From Botryllus schlosseri (Eukaryota): 64,000 nt of DNA. The notes beneath the pieces are model-generated. The model had not been told where the DNA came from. It did not search any database and saw only the letters and a list, made by a program, of their open reading frames with translations. The stretch is from NCBI GenBank assembly GCA_051294905.1, contig CM119372.1, forward strand, positions 36,396,001 to 36,460,000, read 5' to 3'. Of the stretch, positions 49,401 to 60,615 are shown in pieces. Each line of letters starts with the position of its first letter. Within the stretch, counting starts at the first letter, position 1. Made by a program: the position numbers and the translations under genes.

Positions 49401-52400
49401 AAGTTTCCCGAAATCTTGATTTACAAATAACAGCTTGATGATGTAAAGCTCAACCACGCAAATGTGTTCATTGTAAAGTATTTGACACAAACAAAATATC
49501 GAATGGAGACTTCGGTTTCATTACCAAGCTAGTGAAAATTGTTTTCTGTTGGCCAGGTATGATTTGTATTTATAAAAAGCGACCCACGCCGATTATGCGA
49601 CACTGTTTAATATCTAATGAGTGAGTGAAATTTCTTAGGGGTTTGATTTATCGAGTTAACTACCAGCGATTCAATCACATCCAAGTAACGTATTTTAGTG
49701 ACCGAATATTGTGACGAATGGCAATGGGAAAATTTCCAATTTCTTTGATCGTGTGCGTTGCACAAATAGTTCTAGTATGCAATCAGTGAACATCATACAA
49801 ATTGACAACGACTTTCCTTAGTTTGGTTACATGATGACAATTATTCTGGAGGTTCAAATCGATATCGCAGCAATACAAACACATTTTTGTAGATTTCAGT
49901 GTAGCACATACTTCGATATTATTGTTATGGTTTTTTTTGTATTAACCAAGACCAGTTGAATAGAATCGATCCAGTAAAGATACCTCTATTTACTTTTTTG
50001 ATGATCAAAGTCTTAGAGTGTGACCTCTTAATGGTTTTACATTTCACGCATTTTCGACAGAGAGTGTGAACAGAGTTTAACACAGATTAAATGACACCGC
50101 TCCGGAGCCCAAAGTGATATTTTCGTACTGTGTGATGTGCGTATGTTTCAATTCGATGTCGCAGATTCCGACAATAAAGTATTGCACCGGTTGTTAATCA
50201 GCAAACGAAATTGTTGTTTCATCTTTAGTTTGGGTACTGGAAACAATTACATTTGTAAAATATTTTCTGATATCCGCGATACGCAGAGTGATATGTACCA
50301 AGGTGGAATAATTTCTTCAATCATGAACATTTCAGACACGCATAGTTTTACAACTCGATATGTTAATAACAACGGTACTGAAAAGATTGTTGTTGTCATA
50401 ATAACCTTTACCACAACGCCGGGTCTAATTAAAACGAATAATTTAATAATCAAGTCATGATCAACTATTACATATGGCACATCAATGTATCAATCCTTAT
50501 GTTTACAGAATGGTAACTTTCGATATAACAGCAGCGTTCGATTGTAAGAAATGAAGTCGCAACTATACGTTGATCAGACTTTCAAATCTCGTATACTCAA
50601 ACATATTATGTTAATCTCAAGTCGCCTGCACCGAGTGGAAATTACTTTTGTCTTACAAAATATATCGAGTAATAATAACTTTGTCTTGCAGAATATACCG
50701 CGTAGTAATTCCTCTATCTTACAGAATAGTAACGACTTTTAAAGTTGAAAAAAAGACGCGTCGTAGGGATATGAGTAAAACCGAACTTGTTATGGATTTT
50801 AGGTTTTAGTGATTGTATGGACTCGTGTATGCTTGGCTGTTTTTCATACTGATACTGTTTGAGTTGGTCGGGTAAGTTACAAACGGATTTACTTGACAAG
50901 GTTTTCCTGATTGACTGAGTATGGTAAAATGTTAAAATGTCGAGCCTTAATACTATTTCCGTTAACTCGATTGCAATAAAACATAACCCGCATTCAAATA
51001 ATACGTAAGCTACAAGTGGATTTAAAACTTTATGATGTTTTGGGTTAACTCAAGTCAGTGGTCATGTTGTGTTGATTTCAGGGATGATCATGACGAGTTG
51101 GCCGGGTAAATTAGGTAATGTGGTAGTAACTATGACCGTACAGAGTTGCTGACATTCCAATATCTTTTACGCTGTAATATACGGATTCACTTGTGATAAT
51201 TTAATTCTCAGTTTATTGTTCAGACATTCAAATCTCGTATACTCAAAATGAAATAGGTTTATGTCAAGTCGTATATGCACCGATTAGTAAATACTTTGTC
51301 TTACAGAATAGTAACGACCTTTACAGTTGAATAAAAATTATCGGTCATATGAATACAACCAGGATGAATTAATTCAAGTTTGCGAGTTGTAGTGATATAA
51401 TCAAGGAAGTTAAAACTATATTTTTAACATCGGGTATTGTTGTGAATAATTCTTTTGAGTATGGTAAGGTGTTAAAATGTCTCTTTGACAAACGGAAAGA
51501 CGGATCGTGAATAGAGTTGTAATGTTTCATTATTTGTTTCAAATCAATGTGCGTATAATTTCGAAATGGCACTTGGAAAGATGGTAGTCATGTTTGTCAA
51601 TCCTATTTCAACCCACACTACGCCAAGTCAAAATATTTCGTTTCGGATTACCTCAATATACCTATAGAACATCTCGCGAATGGATTCCGACACCGTACTA
51701 TACCTAGATCGCTATGTCTGATGCATTATCGCGTCACCGACGTAGGATTTTACAATTATTTCACACCTTTTTGAATAAGCGTCAACTTCACAGAGGATTA
51801 GGGTTGGGTCAGAAATAAGTGAGAATTTGTCGGTATTCGAATCACCGTCTGCGACGGTTCTGTTATTTGTTAGTTATTCAATTTTACCAGTGAAATCCAG
51901 TTCTGTGACATACTGATTATCAAAATATTACATTGTGGCGATTGGAATGTATGTAACAGCAAGTCACAAGTGATCGCTATGTCTGAGGTGTTATCTTGTC
52001 AGCGATCGCGGGATTTGCAACCTATTTCACGCCTTTTTGAAGTGTTAGTTTGTGAACGCGGCTATTGCTGGTATTGGAATCCCCGTCTACGCCGGTTCTG
52101 TGACAAAATATTACTTGTGCGTGATTCCTACCTCTGTAACATCAAACCGCGAGAGATGGCTATGTCTGACGTGTTATCTTGTGAGCGCTCGTAGGATTTT
52201 ACAAATATTTCACAACTTTTTGAAGTGTTACTATGTGAACGCGGATATTGTTGGTATTCGAATCGCCGTCTACGCCGGCTCTGTGGCAAACTAATTACCA
52301 AAACATTACCATGCGGCTGATTCCTAGATTTAACCAACTATTTCACACCTTTTTACTGAAATTACGACATGTCAACGCAGCCTATACCTGAGAGTACGAC

Positions 52401-52894
52401 ATGCCACCGCGGCCATAAGAATAAAGATATATTAAAGTCGCGCTCGCCGTAAACGTTGGGAATAACTCAAATCGGTCATATATAATATTTTTGAATATAC
52501 ATACTAAGTAATGGCGTCACTGTTTACTATACTTGATATTCAACACCACTTCACCAGAGATCCCTATACCCGTAACGTTATCAGACAGGTCATCGACACA
52601 ACGTATACCTGAAAGAGTGGTATCACCGACGATACGGCAGGTCATCAGCGATAGGGACTCGAAAAGGGTGGAGTCACCAACACGAGTTTTCACGGCAGGT
52701 CATGAGCGAGCCCTATACCTGAAAGGGTGGGGTCACCAGAGATCCCATAAGAACGCATGGCAGGTCACCAGCGGAAGGGGGGGTCAAAAGGGTGGGGTCA
52801 CCAATACGAGTTTCGAGGCACCGTGTGAGCGGGCCCTATACTACCCCATGCAAAAAAGCGCGTCATGCGAGCGATCTACTATACTACTATCGTG

Positions 52895-53072
52895 GTCTCT
52901 GCTGCCGACTTATAGCGCGGCTCACTTTCAGTCTGGGCTTTTCAATGCACTACCGTAGTAGTGAGGTCGGCGATGAGGAGCCCAGATAAACCTCCGACAC
53001 GTAGACGTTGGTCAGAACCGGGATTCGAACCAGCGTCCATTGGTGTCGTGACTACAGTGTTTAACCAACTGA
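52895..53072 (-). mobile_element. tRNA-derived SINE, 5' half (split by the palindromic element)
   Basis: Minus strand: TCAGTTGGTTAAAC (A-box remnant)...GGTTCGAATCCC (B-box)...GTCGGAGGTTTATCTGGGCTCCTC core...AAGTCGGCAGCAGAGAC. Bounded by CACATCTAAATAT at 53073-53085. Confidence 0.8.
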
Positions 53073-55384
53073 CACATCTAAATATGAGTGGGCATACATT
53101 GCTCACTGCTCAGTCAACAAATGGTTTGCGTTAAAAAGTCACCGGGCAACTTTTTATGGTGGAAATCTAAGCTCAAATATTTGCCAAAGGGGTCCACGAG
53201 ACGAAAACGATTGGAAACCACTGCTAAAATTAAGAAAGCAAGAGGTACATAATCGCGCGAAGTGCTAAAACAAGCAAGTGAAATCAATCTGCCGTAAAAT
53301 ACTCTACTTCATGACAATTTACATCGGTTTTATCACGTATGAGGCGCGTGGCCACTTTCGCTGACCCCGGCTACGCCTATGCGTCGAAACTTGCATTTTT
53401 AGTCAAGAACCTCGTAAATTTGGCTGTTAGGCTGATTAAAGCTCTAGTCGACCTAGCAAGTTCACAATAAATTACGAAGGCAATCTAATTTTTGATGATA
53501 TAACTAATTTTGAGAATTATCTGACGGGGCACTCAAAACCTACTCGCGGGCCGCGGGTTGGCCACCATGCTGTAAATTTATGATTGTAAAATTCGGGTAG
53601 GCTATGTATTAGTTTTCCATGATAGCATTCATATTAGGCCATAGGCACTTTCTGGTACAAACTGATGCTTTCACGACCATTACAATCTATGAAAGAGAGT
53701 AAAATCCGCATAGAGATATATTTTAGGGGTGCGGTGAGCTCTGCTTACCATTTTAATGCGCCTTCTCATGGTGATACACGACAACAGAACTCACTATACA
53801 AATAGAATATATCCCCATAAGGATTGGTGTATTTAGCTTTCTTCTATCCATCGGTTTGGCGTGGAATGTGGACACATCTGATTCAACTATAGCTCCCTCA
53901 GGCCTGGTGCACAAGACCCTAGGAGTCGAGCACCATAAAAACCCCTATATATACATACAATATCATAAAGTCACAATGGCCTGATATGCACCTTACACCT
54001 TACGTTATGGTTGAAATCGGCGAAATACAATATTTGCCTATGCAATGTACTCAATAATATATTGGTCATACGACTAAGCTTTCTACTTTGGATTTTCTGC
54101 AATAGGCAGTAGTTTTGGGATGTGGTTGTATCAGTGAAAACAACCTGTATCTCGGAAACTGAATATATTTTCGGAAATCACCCATTTGCAATACAATGAG
54201 TTATTTCGCTAATGACGTGAATGAGACACCGCCTGCATTTTCCAAAGTAACCGAATCTGATATACCGCTAAAGGACGCGGGTATTCTACTAAATCTAGGG
54301 ACATACTGTTTCATGCGGTCCTGCAAATGGGGCTCCTTTCTTCCCACGTAACCGCAATCGCATCGGCACTCCTTTGTTTTGTTGAAATACAAGAAGAACG
54401 TTCTTGCGTGTTGCATGGTTGTCGTGAAAAATGACGTTGGTGTTCACTCGATTATCCTACTTACTGACCGCAGAAACAACCAAAGTCACCGGAAATAGGA
54501 TGACTCCATTGTAAATACCTATGGTTATTCATTTCGCAGACACTTATGACTCTTTTGCGTCGAATTACGTTAATTTACTCTCGATAGCTCGGTTGGAGCA
54601 AAAAGTATGCGATCACGAAGCGTCCAAGTTACGGCATACGGAACAATATTACAAACGCGGGCTCAGGATCTCGTCTCCTCGCGAATGCCGCCTGCTCACA
54701 ACATCAACGATGTACAACTGGGATGTTAGACATGCGGGCCGCATCCGGCTGGCAAGATGATTTCGTGCGCCCGCGAAGCAATTCTGAGAATATTGAAAAT
54801 GCTTTTATTATCCTGCACATTTCCAGCAAATATTGAGATATTTAGTACGAAATATTTCCATTAAATAAACCTCCGAGACAGAAAATGTCGAGTATGTTCA
54901 TAATCCAATATAACCGCTTGACTACGGTGTTATGGTTTCACTATAGGAACCAATAGGAACAAGTCGTTGACATTGACTCCAAATTTGGAGAAGGCAAAAA
55001 CGTCTACACTCAGTTAAATGTCGATAATTCCTCACAAAACACCCGGAGGAGTAACTTCATATTACGACTGAAACAAATGGAGCATAAAAATATGCGAGGG
55101 CCGCTAGTATTACAGTATTTACTATTTATCGTTTTCCAAGTCAAATCGCAAAATACATTCAAAATTCAGCAATTCGAGTCAAAGTCATAACAAGCGATGA
55201 TGACTTGATGATCGATTTTAATCAACAGCTACCCGATCGGGAAAAATAATTGCCAAATGTAACGCAATGATTCCACAAGGGAAAGCGACACTGAATCTTT
55301 TCGATTTATGATTTTCTAGACAACAGAATAAATTGATACAGAAGTTGCCTGCAGTACCTTGCCAAAGTGCAATATGGTACGCAT

Positions 55385-55946
55385 CAGGGTTGTAATGACT
55401 CGTGTCATGACTCGACTCAAGTAAGACTCGAGTCGCGATTTTTCGGTGACTCGACTTGCCTCGAGTAATTTTCTTAAAAATGAAAGATGACCCGACTCGA
55501 CTCGAGTCAATTTGTGTATTGACTCGACTTGTACTCAAGTCATTGCGCATGACTCGGACCAAGTCATATGACTCGAGACTGGGTCTACCAAGACTGGCAT
55601 TTCTTTGTAATATCGAAGAATAGTAAAGTTATCACACTATTATTATTTCGTATATCAGTACTGTTACTTGAAAATGCTCTCAGAAACTGTTAAAAGTTAG
55701 AAAGATTACTATATTATGGATGCGAAGCATTCGAGATCACCGAGCAGAGTTGTAAAAAAAATCGGAACTGAAGAGTCAACTCAATGACTAGGACTCGGAC
55801 TCGATTCAAAACAATATGACTCGGACTCGACACTCTACGCCGTGACTTGGACTCGGGCTTGACTCGGTGGTGAATTGAAAATGGCTAGACTTGACTCGAG
55901 TCAAAACTATAAAAGTGCAATTGGTTTGTGACTTGGTTACAACCCT
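55385..55946. mobile_element. MITE with GACTCGAGTC subterminal repeats
   Basis: CAGGGTTGTAA...TTACAACCCT ends with arrays of GACTCG/CGAGTC. An inverted relative starts at about 9884. Confidence 0.6.
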
Positions 55947-56318
55947 TGCCGCATTCGAAATAGTTTGGCTATCTCTTTCCTGGAGCATGTTTGTTCCCAT
56001 CTGATTCATCTCTGTGTTGGAGAAAGTTTGGAAGGTAGAGTGCTGGAGGATCAGTTCGATATGATTTGGTTAGTTTTACAAGTTCCTACTTTCTATCCGT
56101 TGTGTTACGAGAATGTCGGATCTGGTCTCTCGGTGAAACATCATATTGCTCACGACGTAGTTTGATTACAAACGGCTTATGTTAACGGAATTGACGATTA
56201 CGCGGACTACGGACTTTTACAATTTTTTACAACAATTTTTTACAACTTTTTAGTGATTATGAATAATCCCAATTTTCGCATACAGTATATGTAATCGCTT
56301 TTGGCAATGTCGCTGTAC

Positions 56319-59300
56319 CAGACTTGTACAAACTACTGGATTTTCAAAAAGCGCAACTAGAACTAGAACTACTCAATTTTCAAAATCAGCAACTAGAACT
56401 AGAACTACGACTACTCAGAAAACCGTTAGTTAATTGACCATCAACTAACTAAATGGGTAGTTTGTACAAGTATGCCTGAGTAGCTTTACTGGTAGTCTTA
56501 CTGATTGTGACTCACTGAAAATTAGGGGTTTTCTGAAGGCTTATAGATTGGCATAGGACAGACCTGGGTCCGGGGGCCAAACACGGACTATATGTGGGTA
56601 CCGCGGAGAAAATTTTAAAGAAAAATAAAATCTGTCCCAAAAGACCCTTTTTAATGTTGATTTACGAAATAATTTTGATTCGCTTTCAGCTTTTCCCATT
56701 TTGGAAACTTCTGTTTCCCTTTTTGCAAGAAACATCGTGATTATAATAATGCACATCAAATCATTCAGCGTGTCATGAAAAATCATCTTGCGTGCCACCT
56801 TTGGCACGCGTGCCAGGGTAGCCGATCCCTAGCGTATTCTATAGTCATAATAAAGTCGTTACAACATGAGTTAATTTAAGTCGGGATCATGACATAAGCA
56901 CGCATTCATTCGGTTGAAGCTGCGAGAAGACGAATCCGGAAACCTGCCGGCGAAATTACCAAAACAACAGGAGGATTTTATCAATAAGCTAGAACAGTGC
57001 TCATCAACCTGTGTGACGGTTCGCACTTGTGCGAATGAAAAAAATTGCAGTGCGAACGACGAAGGTGGTGGGAACAGTGCGAATGAAAATCCGGATCAAG
57101 TGGGGATGAAAATTGTGAATAATTTTAAAATTTTTCTGACGTGGAATAATTCAAATAAACCTAACAGGAAATTTAAGGTCAGTGTAACTTTGTATAGTGG
57201 CGTGGCGACGCAATTGTAAAAAACTTGTTAAACTTACGACGCACCACTAATCGTAGCTCTCACAAGCCCTAGTGAATACATATGTTCGCACTATAATTAT
57301 TACGTAACCAAAATCCTGGTTTGGAAGCTGGTGTGGTGGCAGACATATATAGTATATCAGCCCGTCTGAGCCTGTGACAGGCTGGAAAATGACGTCAAAT
57401 CGATTTTCTTCTTTCTTTCGATAAACAGTCATCATATTTTCGTACCAACTGTTCGCTTAGCGCGAGGCACGAGGATAGAAGTAAATACCATCAATACAGA
57501 CTCACACTTGCAAGTTACTGTAACGCAAATTTTTACCCCCTCAAGGGTTATTACAGTATGGATCGCAAAGGGTATATTTTTGGGTTGACACGGTGCCAGA
57601 GTTATCTGTTAATATGTATGTAATATTTCAGTAGTTCTCAACCTTTTTGTCTTCGAGGACCCCTTTTGGACCGCTACGGACCCCCGCAAGTTTTCGTTTA
57701 AAATTAGCTCAATTATCGTTCAACCGTCATATGTCTCGTGCAAGTATTGATTGTAGGCTACTGATAATGATAAACAACCACAAAATGACTTTTCTTGAAA
57801 ATAACATCACACTATATGTAGAAATTGGGTCAACTTTATTTATTTCGAAACGAATTTTGCAGCTGCATTTATTCTCTTGAAAATCCGCGTCTTCGATTGG
57901 ATATGAACGAGTGCCGAAAATCCATTTCCACAAATATATACTGGTGCGAATGTAATATTAACACGTAACGCTTCTGCATGACGACAGCTTTTAGTGTGTT
58001 TTTGATGAACATATCACGTACAGCCTAGTCATTTCTATCTAACATCTCGTCTTGAAGCTATTTAGTGGTTCTATCACAGAAGAAAATGGATTTCGTGGCG
58101 AGGTTTCAATTCCTTCATTTGAACAGAATAGGAAAAAATTCAATAATTTTTCAAACGACTGTTTACTAATTTGCTGAGACTAACAACTCCAAATCCAAAA
58201 TGCTATCTCTCACATTTCATTTTTCCACAAACCCCCAACAAAACTTGAGAACCACTGTAATATTTGTTGAATTTATTGCAAGAAATCCTGCGATAGTTTT
58301 TACTACTAATTGCTTTTCATGGGTGAGGCTCGGGTCGCGGGATGCCACAAAAACTCAGATTTTGGTGGTAGTCTAAAAGCTGCTTTACCGTTGTTAAACT
58401 GTTATGAATTCTCAAGTTAGATGATTGAGCTAAAGAGCAGAACACACAGTATCGTGAGTTTATTTGCTCTTCTCATATACTCGCGAGACAGAAGTTGGAG
58501 CAACGTATCATAAGATAGCGAGCTTTAATCTGCCTACCCTCCTTAATCGTTTTGTACCTTATGTTCCAAGACATAAGGCAAAAGCTTCAACACAAACATG
58601 TGGGTTTTTCACCCTTCCGACAAACTGGAGCCTCCGGGACATTTGTGTCAGCTCTCAAAAACGATTTCTGCCGGCAAGCATTTTTCACTCGCGAGAAATA
58701 CGCTGTCTTTTGGATAGGAGTGCAGAACAGATTTTAAGACCTGGCCATCCAAGCACTAGTAGACGTTTTTGTACAAACCCAACAACTTGTTTGGCCGAGA
58801 AGGGTTTTCGTGAAATAGTTGACTTTTTATTGATGACACTTGATAGCTTTAGCTACATAGTAGCCAATTTGTTGCACATATGAATAAAATGTTGTTAAGT
58901 ATATCATCTTCGTTTTGTATAACAATTTTCGATTAGTGTGTGCGAATGAAATATATTTTACAAATAAAGTGCGAATGGAGCTCAAAAAGGTTGAAAAGCA
59001 CTGAGCTAGAAAGCTACACACTGCTCCGGATAATGACTAAGCTGTAACATCCCATACATTTAGGTATCTTTTAGGACGTGTCTATGGGTTGATGTGATTA
59101 AAAAGAGTTAACAATGTTTCTTGTTTACCATTGTTTTGAATAATAGCGTGGGATATATATTATATTCGTACTTTGACTCTAAATTCCTAATTGCCTAATA
59201 ATAATACATCCACCCAGAAGCTTGTGTTAACCACGTAATTCATTGCCTTCAATTTATAAATTATTAGAAATACATACACCGCCGAATATACTGCAAACTT

Positions 59301-59800
59301 TTGATATAACTCGCCAACGTATTTCCTGCCTGTAATTCTCAGAAAATAGTTGCCCATTTGTGACGTAGGGGTTCCCAAGTAAATTAAGGTTTAGAACCGT
59401 ATAGAACTGGATTTCATTCTCCTAGTCAACACATTCATTTTTATTCTATCGGAAATATCAGACATTGAATAGACATTTCAAAAGAACGGGGTTTTGAGTT
59501 AGAAATGGGAGAGATACCGACCCCAAAAAGTCACCCGCTGGCTGCGCCACTGTTGTTGCAGCAATGAATCTGAGCGAGCAATGGCTGCACAAACATCATT
59601 CAACAGATCACCGGCATCTCAATTCACGCAAAATCACGACACATGTTTTCTAGTTGTTCGGCAACTAATATTTTTTTCAAATGTGCAACTAGAACTACTG
59701 AACTTTCAATATCTGCAACTCTAACTTGAACTAGAACTACTCGAAAACTCGTTAGTTAGTTCACCATCAACTAACTAAATGTTTAGTTTGTACAAGTCTG
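56319..59800. mobile_element. Composite hAT-type unit bounded by CAGACTTGTACAAACTA TIRs
   Basis: Perfect 17-bp TIR at the outer ends. Flanks CGCTGTAC (56311-56318) and CGCTGTAT (59801-59808). An internal extra right end GTAGTTTGTACAAGTATG lies at about 56457-56474. Confidence 0.6.
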
Positions 59801-60359
59801 CGCTGTATCCGTAATAGTAATTGCATTTGTCCGCAAGAATCATGATGGCGCAGCTGCCGGTCAAGTCGAATATAGCAGCAAATAGTTCTATTGGTGGAAG
59901 ATAACGACAGGTGCTGACGGAGTAGCCCTATTATTTTAAATGGTCCTAGATTTCGAGAAGGCTTTACATGGATATACTATCTGGGGTGACTTTTATTAAG
60001 AAAGCAGCTAAAATCGCAGTACAGTACGCAACATGGCCACGCTGACAACAACATAATTTAAGGCAAGGCTGATTGGTTATCACTAGGGCAAGTTTTTGTT
60101 GCAGTCAAATCCGTGGAAAGTTGAACTAATCATTTGCCTTTTGGACAAGTTCCTTGACAATATTAGGGCGAGATACTCGAATCTATCTGTATCCAAGCCA
60201 CTGTAGCAACACTCAACTCAATAGCCTGAAAAAATTGACCAAGTAAAATATAATTTTCTGCGGTCTAGCCTGAATGTACGTCAAATCAGAAAGGACCTCA
60301 AATTTAGACGACAGTGAAATAATCAAATGATCTATTTATATGTGGTGCTGAATATTTCC

Positions 60360-60615
60360 AGTAAAAAGTTATAGTTGCAGGAAAAATTGAAGAAACTTGC
60401 AAAAAGTTTCATGAATAATCGAAAAAAGTTGCAAAAAGTTCCATGAAAAATCGATAAAGCTGTAATAAGTTGCATGAAAAAATGGAGAAAAGTTGCGAAA
60501 ATTTGCAGCATAAGATTCTTCAAACAGCTTGAAACACCATACTACAGAACTTCTGAGCATTTAAGAAGCTGCCGGAAGCTGTTAAAAAGAAGTTGGAAAA
60601 GTTGCAGAAACTTGC
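60360..60615 (+). repeat. About 11-bp A-tract minisatellite (AAAAAGTTGCA-like)
   Basis: Repeated AAAAAGTT(G/C/T) units with near-helical spacing. Confidence 0.6.

Larger units (their letters stand above)
39533..52888. mobile_element. Giant palindromic Polinton/Maverick-like non-autonomous element (13,356 bp)
   Basis: Termini AGTAGTATAGTAGATCGC / GCGATCTACTATACTACT. 6-bp TSD ATCGTG at 39527-39532 and 52889-52894. Arms 39533-45881 and 46539-52888 are near-identical reverse complements (mirror ORF pairs in the track sum to 92420-92421). Unique 657-bp spacer at 45882-46538. Confidence 0.85.

Noticed and set aside
39533..52888. Giant palindrome as a long-read fold-back assembly artefact
   Set aside because: It has a 6-bp TSD, different outer flanks that rejoin a SINE with its own 13-bp TSD, a 657-bp unique spacer and several arm differences. 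Read-level confirmation is still desirable.
39499..52958. Mirror-image ORF pairs (60-141 aa) as duplicated genes
   Set aside because: They are a consequence of the palindrome. Many use non-ATG starts or run through tandem repeats, and none shows a recognisable domain.
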